Shown piece by piece: positions 12,156 through 23,900 of a stretch of 64,000 nt of DNA. Under the pieces are notes generated by a model. It saw only the letters and a program-made list of their open reading frames with translations, searched no databases and was not told the DNA's origin. The DNA is from Geosiphon pyriformis uo1. Lineage: Eukaryota; Fungi; Glomeromycota. The stretch lies in the NCBI GenBank assembly GCA_016748015.1, contig JAAOMT010000639.1:124844-188843 (forward strand), given 5' to 3'. Both the position numbers and the translations under genes were made by a program. The first letter of the stretch is position 1. Every line of letters starts with the position of its first letter.

Positions 12156-13243
12156 GTGGCAGAATCAGAAAGTATAGGAGCAAACCATTTAGGATTTATG
12201 AAATCCTTATTTCAACACTACTGTCAACACTTAGGATTAAACCAAAATCATATATCAGTGGAATCTACCTTCAATTTCTATGTTAACAAGAAAATTGCAT
12301 ATTTGTTAGGAACACCAGTAAACACTGAATTAGCAAGAGAAACTTTTTATCACAAATTAATCCAAAACACCAGCCTACCAACAAATTATAATTTCACATT
12401 CATCATTACTGAGATTAATAAAGAAATTGAACATTATACACAACAAAAATACCCAATTACTTATACTAGTAAAGACAAAGAAAAATTACAAACACCAGCA
12501 GTAACACCAAAACAAATACAACCACCCACTTGGAAGAAAACCAGAGTTGAATCACCAACAAATCCATCATACCACTATACACCTGGAAGCACCATCAACA
12601 TTACATCAACAGGTGCATCCACATTACACATAACATTAACCTTTGGACAATTCTCATTTCAGAGTAAACAAAAAAAAGAAGATCTTTTAGGACCATATGG
12701 CGTGTATTTTGAAAGATTTAAGTCCTGATCGCCAACGCCATCAGGACTTTGATCTCTGTCATCCCAACCAAATTTTGGAACTGCAAGTTTCTGAAAAGTA
12801 ATGGAATCAGAGGAAGAACAAGAAGAAGAGGAAGAAAAATCTGAAGATCAAGAATTTACTTACCAGAACCCAATCCTAAAGAACCCAAACATTGAAATCC
12901 CAAATTTCCAGACTCAACAAAATCTAAATTTAGAAAATCTGGAAATTGAAACTCTGAATTTTCAAATGCAGCCAAATCAGAATGATTAAAACCTCGACTT
13001 AATTAATCAACAAAACTTACCTCCTGGAATCATTATTAATCAGCCACTAGCCGAACCCATACAATAACCATCCCAACAACTGCTTCAACAAATTCATTAG
13101 CTGCCTATATTACAACAACAATAACAAATGACATATGCACCAATCACGAAGCTCGATAAATTCATTGGTGAAGAAGACAACACCCAAATCTGGCTGAATG
13201 ATGTAGCTAAAGCAATTATAGCCAATAACTGGGATGATGCTAG
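12156..13243 (+). pseudogene. E2 gag, N-terminal part (interrupted by E3)
   Basis: Homologous to E5 57290-58390. WDDA|RAMQAI rejoins across the E3 insertion. Confidence 0.88.
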
Positions 13244-13923
13244 TATTACAGGTTGGAGTAACAAGCTAACAGATAGCAAGGGAGAACAAGATTGTAGGGT
13301 GATGGAAATAATCAAAGGAGAATTTAACTTTAAAAAGTGAATTGAATGAGTATGGATTCAATGTGCGAGATCAGTCTCATAAAATATCTCAGTCACTATT
13401 CTTTTCAAAAGGTAACAAGAGAATCTGAAGATAGAGGGATAGTCCGTACTGTCAACAATTGATTACTATTGGTATAATTCTATGCCTCATGTTGGCACTC
13501 TTAGAATTCAATATCAGATATCAACTTGTGCTTTTCAGTCACATTTATTCAAATAATCTTCAAATGCTACAATTATATACATTAGGAAAAGGCCAACAAG
13601 TAATCTTTTATCCTAAGATGTTTGGATACTTGAAGATAGGGAAAGGAAAATTAACAATAAGAGAGTGATTGAGATAAAAGTTGTTATTTTTATTTATTTG
13701 ATTCTTGTTTGAGAGATGATTTTCTACAGCTAAAAGACTCATCATTTATATAGCTAATGAAAGTAGTCAACGATTAGGTCAATGATCAGGTCAATAATCA
13801 GGTCAACAGTCAGGTCATTGATCAGATCAATGATCACTATCTAAAAATAGAGTGGCTAATTATATGACATCAGTGGCTAATACATGTAATAACTAATAAA
13901 AATTATGGGTTTCAATCATAACA
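13244..13923 (-). repeat. E3 3' LTR (680 bp; five 12-bp TGATCAGGTCAA units)
   Basis: Direct repeat of 20260-20963. Confidence 0.95.
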
Positions 13924-14548
13924 TCATTCTCTCCAAAGAGATTGAGCTCTGCCAAAATCAAGCTATTTATAGGGTATTCTAATTGAAAGGTTTTGTCTAA
14001 CTCAAAACTAACTAGTTTGTTGAAGTCTTTTGTGAATAGAGTATATAGTACTTGAGGTGAAATAAGCTTTGTATCCAAGAGACCAAATCTTTGTATAAGA
14101 GTTTTGGCTCTTCTTGTAATAGTCAAAACTCTTGGGACATCTAAATATATAATGCCCGAAATTTCCACTTGTATCTCTGAAGTTGTTTTCTTCATGAGCT
14201 TCATTTCTTCTATAATTCACCAAAATGACCATAGAGTTCTAGTTGTCTTCCATATGACAAGTTTTTGTCTATGGGCAAGATTTCCTTAATCGTTTTTCCA
14301 ATTGTCATAGAAGGTGTAAGTATTGCTGCTGTTATGCTTTTCAGCAAATACTTATCCATTTTGCTACCAATTCTTTCTCTTCTAGTAGTGGTTTTCTTTG
14401 GTCTAATAATAGTATGTGTTCCACTGTTATTAGTTATGGTGGTTTGTTTTCCAATGGTCAGAGTAGCATTTGGATAATTTTTGATCCAGTACTCATGGAG
14501 AGTGTAAAAAGTGTTTTGAATGTTTTGATCTAGGAAATAATTGTTCAT
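13893..14548 (-). pseudogene. E3 ORF3 (MNNYFLDQNIQNTFYTLHEYW...; one frameshift near 14215; reads through the PPT into the LTR)
   Basis: Two long ORF pieces (14644-14210 and 14204-13893); TATAAATA at 14594-14587, 46 nt upstream of the ATG at 14548. Confidence 0.65.
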
Positions 14549-14589
14549 GTCGATTGAAGATACCTCTGTTTTGGGAATAATGCATTTAT

Positions 14590-15903
14590 TTATATCTGAT
14601 TTTTGTTGATCATTTGGGTCAGTATTACTATAACAGATAACCAATCAGGTCGTTTGTGATATTTCTTGAGTTGTGTGCCATAAACAGGATGATCATTGAA
14701 GATTGTTCCATATTGATCTTGTAAGATATAAGAACTATTGTTCAAAACTTTGTTAACTATAAAGGGTCCTTTCCATCAGCTAGAGAATTTATTACCATAG
14801 ACATTGTCTCTGTCTGAATGGTATTCTAAAACTAAGTCACCAACACTTAAGAAAAGTGTTTTATATGTTTTTTTTTTCTTAAGCTTCTCTTGGAATTGTT
14901 TTATCTTTTTAAAGGCAATTATCCGTGCTTCTACTAATAAGTCAAGAATAGTACCAAGTTTTTTTTGCAAAATGTCTTTGTAATTCCCTATTGTTATTTC
15001 TTCAAAGAGTATTGTCTTAATGTCAGTTTCTATTGGTAGGGTTGCCATTTGTTCATAGAATAGATAAAAGAATTCATAACTTGTTGTGTCATGATTCACA
15101 GTTTTATAAGCAAACAAGGCTGAAGGCAGTATTTTGTCCCATAAGTTTGTTTCTTCACTGGTTTTGGCTAGGGTTTTACATAGTGTTCTATTAAAATGTT
15201 CCACTAGGCCATTTGTTTGGGGGTGATAAGAAGAAGAAAGTTTGTGACATATTCCTATTTTTCTGCAAAGTTCTTTAACAAGTGTACTAAGAAAAGCTCT
15301 TCCTCTGTCAGATAAAAGTTTTTTAGTGCAGCCATGGCGACAAATGATATCTTCATAAATGAAATTGGCTATTGAGACTGCTGTTTGGTCTGAAGTGGCT
15401 CTTGCTTCTACCTACTTTGTAAAATAGTTGGTAGCTGTGATAATGTATCTGTTGCCATCAAGAGTTATTGTTAAAGATCCAACAACATCTATACCAATTC
15501 TGTCAAAGAGTTGACCAACAGAGATTGGATGGATATCTTCTTTGCAATTGGGTTTTCCTCTTCTTTGGCAGATATCACAAGTTTTGATGTATTCAGCAAT
15601 GTTTTTTCCCAAGATAGGCCAATAATAGCAAGCTAGAGTTTTCTGAATTGTTTTTGTTTTTCCAAAGTGTCTAGCTAATGGATCAGTGTGCATATTGTAG
15701 ATCACAATTTCTCTTTCTTCAAATCTGATGACTCTCTGAGGGCAGTCAGGATCTTTTCTATTTCTTTTATAAAGTTGGTTCTGGCGAATCAAATAGAAAT
15801 TTGATTGTTTGCACAAATGTTCTCTTTGTTATCATGTGTATTTTGGTGGGTATTGTCCTTTACCCAAAAATTCCATTAAGGCAGAGTAGTTGTTCAAATC
15901 TAT
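14590..15903 (-). pseudogene. E3 integrase (HHCC zinc domain, DDE core, GPF/Y tail), separate from RT-RH
   Basis: MHTDPLARHFG..CDICQRR, GIDVVG, SDRG, VEHFNRTL and WKGPF, all in one frame. Confidence 0.9.
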
Positions 15904-15969
15904 TATTGTGTTTGTCAAAAAAGGGAATTACTAATAATTAAGTTGGTTTGGTTTGAGAGGGTTGTTCTG

Positions 15970-18686
15970 TTACTGGATGGTAAGTCTGGAGAGAGTGTCG
16001 GCATTTTGATGATTAGCTCCTTTGCAATGTTGAATATCATAGTTGAATTCATCCAAGTGGAATATTTAGCGAGTTATCCATTTGTGTTCTAGCCTCTTTT
16101 TGTTGCACAGCCAAACCAAAGCTTGGTAATCTGTTACCACCAAAAACTTCACACCAAGAAGATACTTACTCCAGTAACTGGTGGACTATACTACTGCTAA
16201 GCATTCTTGTTCAGTGACTGAATAGTTCTGTTCTGTTGGGGAAAGGGTTCTATTGGCATAGGCTATGGCATGTTCTTTGCCATCTTCATTTTTCTGGAAG
16301 AGAACAGCACCAAGTTTAAAGCCAGATGCATCAGTGTGAAGAATAAAGGGTTGATCTAGATCAGGTTGCTTGAGGATGAGTTCTGTAACCAGTTTTTCCT
16401 TTAAAGTTTCAAAGGCTTTTTGCTGATGTGTTCCCCAATGGTAATTGACATTTTTCCTGAGTAGTTGATTGAGAAGAGAGGCGATTTTGGAGAAATCCTT
16501 GACAAATTTGCGATAATAAGAGACCAAACCAAGAAAAAAGCATAGTTCATGAATGTTCATTGGTTGTTTGATGTTTTGGACTTTTTCAACTTTGGCTGGG
16601 TCAGGAAAGATTCCATCTTTTGTGATAAGATGACCAAAGAACTGGGTGGATTGTCTTCCAAAGAAAGATTTGATTGGGTTGATCTTGAGGCCAGCATTTC
16701 TGAGGAGATCAAAAACCTTTTGCAAATGTTCCAGGTGTTCATCCCAGGTTTTTGAGTATACCATTATGTCGTCCAAATAGACTAGAACAAAGTTTTCCTT
16801 GACTGATTCAAATACTTTATCCATTAAGCATTGAAAGGTGGGAGGGGCGTTGGTAAGACTAAAAAGCATGACTGTGAATTCATAGGTGCCATACTTGGTG
16901 ATGAAAGCAGTTTTCTTTCTGCTTTCTGGATCCATCTCTACTTGTCAGAATCCAGCAGTTAAGTTAATGGTTGAGAAAAAAGCAGCATCTTTGAATTGGT
17001 CTAACATTGCATCAATCTTGGGAAGTGGGTACATGTTTCTTTCAGTGATAGCATTTAATTGGCAGTAGTCAACACAGAAGTGTAGTGTTCCACTTTTCTT
17101 GGATACCACTACAACTGGGAAAGCCCATTTACTCTTAGTTTCTTGTATGAATCCAAGTTCTTTTATCCAGTTTATCTCTTTCTTGATAAACTCATCATTG
17201 TGTCAATTGGATTGATAAGGCTTCAAATGGATGGGTCGAGTTTCTCTGGTGGTAATGGTGTGTTGTATCACATGGGTATATCCAGAAGTATCACCTTCTT
17301 TGGAGATAACTGGGCTATTTCTAGCCAGCAAATTTTCAATGTCTATTTTTCTTTCTTCTGAGAAGAGTTCTTTTTGTTCTACAACCAGTAATTAGATCTC
17401 AGGTGGTTCATTCTCAAAGGACTTCTGTACTTCTTTCAATTTTTCTCTGGATATCAAACTGATTGGTTCACAATCTCTGTAATAGATCAGACATGATTTG
17501 CATTCATTGCTTGGAAAATACAAGGGTTTGTTGCACCAACACCGAACATAAGGGCCATGTCACCAAAAACTGTATTTGGCTTTCTTGCCAGGTTTTCTTT
17601 CAAAGGTTTTTCTAAGAATATCATAATAAGATCAGCAGATCAGCTTGCCATTTACAATGATTCCTTCTTTGTCTGCTTTAACATTGTCCAGTGGTTTGCC
17701 ATTGCTGGTGAAGGTGGTATAGACAAGTTCAGTAGTTTCTTCTTGCTCTTCTTGTTCTTTTTCTTTATTGCTTTTTTTATCATCTGATTCATCTGATTGT
17801 TCTTCTTCTTGGTTTTGTTTGGGTACTGGAGGAGTTGTTCAATGGCAACACTTAACCACAATGGGTTTCTTACCACATCTGATAGTTAATTCACAAAGTT
17901 CATAATCAAGCAAAGCTTTTGCTTTCTTGAGTCATTCATTGCCAACAATGATGGTGTATTCCTTGGCTTCAGAAACTTCCATGTCAGTTTCAATGCTGAT
18001 TCCATTAATGCGAACAGGAACAGCTTTGGCAATACTCAGTCCTTTTTTTTTGTCACCATGTATGTTGGTCATTGGTCTGGTAGAAGATTCATCAATCTTT
18101 CTACCAATTGCTTCTAAGAAGTGTTTGACAATGACACTAACAGATAATCTACTGTCCAGAATTAAGTCAATGAAGTATTCAGCCACTTGGGCTTTACAAA
18201 TCAGAGAGATAACATTGCTGTTGTCAGCAAGTCCAGCTTGGCAAGGGAGCTTGTTGGTTTTTGGTGTTTTCTTCTTTGGAATCAAGAATTTGCGAAAATC
18301 TTTTCTGAACTGTGGATGAGTCATTAACTGGCCAAAAATAATATGTACTGGGGTTTTCATGAGATCTTTAACAACGGAATAGGGTCCAAATTTTTGTACA
18401 ATTTCTGGGGGTTCCAACTTTGGAGAATTCTTAAAAACTTTAACCTTTGGTGGCTCATTGTTATCAGTGGCAGAAGTTGAGGCTTTGTTGGGGTCTAGAA
18501 CAAAATCAACCTTGGCTTTCTTCTTCTTTCTGGTTGGTTTTGAAATGTTGATTGCTAGTTCATCTATGTCATAGTCATCATCAGTTAAGTTAAAAGTGTA
18601 AAAGAGGTTTTCTTCTGGTTGGCTTGCACTCTCACCCTTTGAAGGTGCGCCTACCAGTTCAAAAGCTGATAAACAGTGGCTTCAAC
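15970..18686 (-). pseudogene. E3 pol: protease, acidic/Cys spacer, RT, RNase H
   Basis: LILDSRLSVSV, FCVDY, KTAFIT, YLDD, TDASG, EQECLAVV and NADTLSRLTIQ*, all in one frame. Confidence 0.92.
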
Positions 18687-20207
18687 TAGGGGATCCTCTC
18701 CAAAGAAATTGATGTTGGCATAATTGGATCTTTGATTGGGGACATTGTTGTTGTTGTTGGGTCTGTTGTTTTGGTTGTTATTGTTTCTGGAAGCTGGAGG
18801 AGACAGTGGAGGATTGTTACAATTTCTTGAATAATGTCTAGTTAATCCACAATGATAGCACACAGGTGGGCCACAATTTTGCTGTCTTTGATAAGGAGGT
18901 TGCTGGGGCTGGTTAAAACAAGGTTCATATCTAGGTCTTAGTGGTTGCTGGTTATTTCTGACTGCTTGTGCCAACAGTTCTAATAACTGGGCAAGGTTAG
19001 CTGTGAGTCTATCTATCAATTGTTCATTTGGGTCTTGGGTTTGGGTAGCAAAAGAAGTAGCAGCCACTTGAGGAGCAGGGGCCATGACAGAAACAGGAGC
19101 AAAAATTGGAAGTGTAGATCTCAGATGCATTCTTTGGTTATCTTCAATTCTTTGGGGGAGTTCAATAGCCATATCCATTATAAGGTTGTCTTTCAGAGCC
19201 AAGAGAGGCCAAAGAGCATACGATAAATCAGTTCTCAATCCTTTTGTGAAGGAGTGAATTTTTTGCTCTTCAATCCAGTTTCTACCAGAGTCTACACACT
19301 TGATGAGTTTTCTGATTGCTTTGGCATATTTGATCACAATTTCACCAAGACCTTGGGTTCTTCTTTTTAATTCTATACACCATTTGGATATTAAGATGGG
19401 GGTTCTGAATTTGTTTTCAAACCAGATAGTAAAAGAGATATTGTTTTCTCCAATATTTGCTGGGGTCTATCTAACAATTTTTTGTTGAGCACCAGTATTG
19501 GTTTCTTGTGAAAACCAGGTAGCAGAGGAGTCTTGGAGGTAGCCACCAATGATTTGGAACTTGTATTCATCATCATACTGGTTTGCAGTGGCTGCTCTTT
19601 CAAAATCATCTAACTATTCAATTAAATCTTGAGCATCACCTTTGAATAGGGGTAGTGGGGTGTTGTTTCTTTGTCCCAAAGCAGTTTGTATGCCTTAGAG
19701 GGTGGCCAGGATGTTTACTTGTATTGGATCTTGGGCTATTGGTTCAGAAGTTACTGTTTGTGTGGAGTGCTCTGATTCACTTAAGAAAAGATCAAAAATA
19801 GGGGCTGTTTAGTAGCTTTCTTCTTCTGTTTCAAAGAGAGTTACTGTTGATTGATGGGCAGTAATCCAAATGTGGATTTGATGATTTAGATATTCGAAAT
19901 CAGGGGGCTGTTGTTCAAAGGTTGTAGAATATAAAAGCTGATTGATACTGTTGTTTCTTTCTTCAAAGTTGTCTTCAAAATAAGCTTGATCAAAGTAATA
20001 GGTTGTATAAATTGTATAGGTTTCAGTTGAATGCTCATTCAGGAACCAGTTCCAAAAGTCTTGGAATTGTCTGCTAGATTGTTTTTTAATGAGAAAGCAG
20101 ATCAAGCAGGAGGGCAGAGGATTAAGTTCAATAAAATCTAGGTCATTTCTATTGTGTATTGCAAAGTGTTTTTCTGATTGCTGTGGCAGATATGAGTAAT
20201 CACCCAT
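18651..20207 (-). pseudogene. E3 gag with CCHC-type knuckle
   Basis: ATG at 20207 is in the same frame as ORF 19337-18651; PLFKGDAQD motif; CYHCGLTRHYSRNC. Confidence 0.85.
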
Positions 20208-20235
20208 ACAATGAGAGAATAAGTGAATTTTGACA

Positions 20236-20253
20236 ACCTCACAGGGAGCACCA
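20236..20253 (-). promoter_or_regulatory. E3 PBS TGGTGCTCCCTGTGAGGT
   Basis: Identical 18-mer to the E2 PBS; 6 nt from the LTR end. Confidence 0.9.
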
Positions 20254-20259
20254 CTTTTA

Positions 20260-20963
20260 TGTTATGGGTTGGAGTAATAAGCTAATGGATAGCAAAGGAG
20301 AACAGGATTATAGGGTGATGAAAATAATCAAAGGGGAATTTAACTTTAAAGAGTGAATTGAATGAGTATGAATTCAATGTGCGAGATCAGTCTTATAAAA
20401 TATCTCAGTTGTTATTCTTTTCAAAAGATAACAAGGGAATCTGAAGATAGAGGGATAGTCCATACTGTCAACAATTGATTACTACTGGTATAATTCTATG
20501 CTTCATGTTAGCGCTCTTAGAATTCAATATCAGGTATCAACTTGTGCTTTTTAGTCACATTTATTCAAATAATCTTCAAATGCTACAATTATATACGTCA
20601 GGAAAAGACCAACAAATAATCTTTTATCCTAAGATGTTCGGATACTTGAAGGTAAGGAAAGGAAAATTAGTGATAAGAGAGTGATTGAGATGAAAGTTGT
20701 TATTTTTATTTATTTGATTCTTGTCTGAGAAATAATTTTCTACAGCTAAGAGACTCATCGCTTATATAGCTAATGAAAATAGTCAATGACCAGGTCAATG
20801 ACTAGGTCAATGATCAGGTCAATGATCAGGTCAATGATCAGGTTAATGGTCAGGTCATTGATCAGGTCAATGATCACTATCTAAAAATAGAGTGGCTAAT
20901 TATATGACATCAGTGGCTAATACATGTAATAACTAATAAAAATTATGGGTTTCAACTATAACA
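20260..20963 (-). repeat. E3 5' LTR (704 bp; seven 12-bp units)
   Basis: TGTTAT...ATAACA; direct repeat of 13244-13923. Confidence 0.95.
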
Positions 20964-20967
20964 CTAG

Positions 20968-23900
20968 AGCCATGCAAGCAATTCTCTACTTTCTTCAGGA
21001 CACTGCTGATACATGATACCAAAGCTTTGCCATCAAACCCCAAAATTTTAACAAATTCAAAACCAAATTCTTAAGATACTTTAGTAACAATAATAGCATC
21101 AACAAATTAGCCAACATCTTCGCTACAATCAAACAAGGGGAAACTGAAGCAGTTACCACTTACTTGAGATGGTTCCACAGGAACCTATGCCAAATTCAAG
21201 CAATCCAAGATGACTATTTTACAGTGTCACAAATTCTAAACCAGTTCATCTGTGGGTTGCACAGTAGCATCCTCCAATGCGTACACCTAAGATACCCACA
21301 AACTCTTTAGAATGCAGTTATCAATGCACGAGATTTTAAAGCAGCTGAACTAGAAGCCAATTATGCTCAAGCCATAAACTTAGTCATGAATGGATCATCT
21401 GAATTGGATTTCAAATTGAAACAATTCAGTAATTCAATTAATTAGAAATTGGAAAGATACTTAGCTAACAATCGCGCAATATATTAACCATTACAATGAT
21501 GTAATAATTCTGGAAACACAGATCGTTTCCAGAATCAGTTGCATCCAACATCTTCAACCAATCAACAGTGGCAGTAGGAAACACATATTTGCCACTATTG
21601 TGATAGACAAGGACATTTGCAATTTGAATGTCGAAAAAAAATAAGCGACCAGAGATTAGTTAATCAGTATCAAAATTCTGATTGCTGACTACAAACTCAG
21701 AATTATGTCAGTAATTAATCAAACCCAGCTCTATATTAATAAGATTACTTACCTATGATACAGCCAATATATCAAACACCAATGATGCAGCAATTATACT
21801 TATCTCCAGTCTATCAGCCTCCAGTAGCAATTTATCAATCACAGTCCCAATCCAATTATTAGCCGCAGTCTCAGGTAAATTATCCACCCCAACAACATCA
21901 AACACTACCACAGAACTTATCTCAAAACAAAACTCAAAGACCAAGATTAATACAGCAAAGCTGGAGATTGTCAATGGTAGTCTATCAACCAATCTCCAGT
22001 TCCATGGCACAACCATCAGAATCTTGACCATGAAATTTGGGCACCAGGTACACCCAAAACCCAAATTCTCAGAACTATTTAAGTCTTCTGGTTACTCCAG
22101 AAGATGTCCCACCCAATAATCTGAAAACCAACCAAAAACAATCACTTACCAACAACATACCTCCAGCCATCATCACCAATGACGAATTACTAGTAGTGAT
22201 CTTTCCATTCGAACTTGAAGAAACTACATCAGTTTTATTATTCAGTGGAGCTGCTTTTGACACCAAACCAATTACCACTATGTACACTGATGCCAAAGTT
22301 GATGGCCACTCCATTAAACTGATCTTAGATAGTGGATCAGCTGGCAGCATTATTACAAAGCAACTTATGAACCAATTAGGTCGCCAAGTTGATTGTGCTG
22401 CCAGTGCCAGAATTATAACTGCCAATGGAGCAACCAAAACTCCCATTGGTAAGATTGATGACTTCCTTATAGAAGTCAATGGTATTATTGTACCAATTAA
22501 AATATTAGTCATAGAAGTCACCCAATACCAAGCACTCATTAGTAATAATTGGTTATCTAAAACCAACATATCGCTTGATTGGAATACACAGGAGCTTCAA
22601 ATCAGCCAGAACGGATGACACACACATGTACCAGCCACATGTGGCCACTTTACAACCACCTACTTGACAGCACCACTCATAGAGTTCGAAGAAAAAAAAG
22701 AAAAACCTACCTGGGAAGCTTATCAAGTGTCCTGGGCTGGTGAAAAACACAATGAACTGCCACCAGTACCTTCATGGGATGACAATAACAGGAAAAAAAA
22801 GAAAAGAGAAGAACTTATCTGGAATGCTGACCAAAACTGAAAAATCCATAACAATCAGGATGAATTATCAATAACCTGGAAATGGGAAGAGGATAAAATA
22901 AAAAGAAAAGGGAAAAAAAAAAAAAAAATTTCATACCAACTCTTATTTACCCTACATATACGTACACAACACTACAATCAAGCTATTGTCACCCAAAACT
23001 CATATGCATTGATTGTAACAAGAAATTATTGTCAATGGGCACGTGTTGTGATAACAATAAGGAATACTCAACAGCAACCAAATTCTATTGTTGTGCATGC
23101 ATCATAGAACACTTTGGATGTCCAAAACAAAAAGAAAAATAGGACAATGAATCATGCTTGGCTTGTGGTGAAACTTTTCTGGACAAAGAAATGTGAAATG
23201 ACATTCTTAAACAAGAAGAAATGTGTGACAAATCATGTCAATACACAATTCTCATAAGCAACTGGATAAGAAAAGGAATGTTTATAGACACTGCCTGGAG
23301 ATGAGCCATTAAACGTCTGAACAGATGTCCACATGATAATAACAAAATCTGGTAAATGGCACTTGCCAAAATTGAAGGAGCAACCCCAGAAGAAATAAAA
23401 ACAATCAAAGACAACCCATCTGAACTCATAAAACTTAACTGGGACCCAGAACCAGTCATAAATCTACTAGATCCAGAACAATTCTACAAATACTACCAGG
23501 AATTAGCACTTACTAAAAAAGAACAAGAGCAACAGTTGGAAAAAATCAATACTTGACTATGTGACCATTGTTTAATTCTCTGTGACTTCCAATATTGTAA
23601 TGAGTGTGACCTCATTTACAATCCACCACCATGCATAATCTACACAATCTCAGAGGAAGAAAAACCAATCAGCAGCTGTGCATTGGAATTGGAATCAGTT
23701 TCCAATTCCGATTCAGACTTCGACAATAATGACAACAAAAATAACAGTTCCAGCTCTATTCAAAATGGCAATAACAATAACAACAATTCCAACTCGGATT
23801 CAAACTCTGATTCAAACTATGAACAATATATTGCACTCTTTGATCTCACCAAGGAGCAGGAACTAAAATGGTTCAGCAATAATGATAAAGATATTATGCC

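Larger units (their letters stand above)
13244..20963 (-). mobile_element. Ty3/gypsy element E3 (family B, full length, 7720 bp), inserted in E2 gag
   Basis: LTRs 13244-13923 and 20260-20963; perfect TSD CTAG (13240-13243 and 20964-20967); PBS 20236-20253; PPT 13924-13936; gag, PR, RT, RH, IN order. Confidence 0.96.

Noticed and set aside
20236-20253. tRNA-like 3' end ...GGGAGCACCA
   Set aside because: Only 18 nt with no cloverleaf upstream; it is the E3 PBS.
20781-20878. AGGTCA nuclear-receptor response elements
   Set aside because: Nothing else suggests a metazoan host; treated as a coincidental match within a 12-bp LTR repeat.
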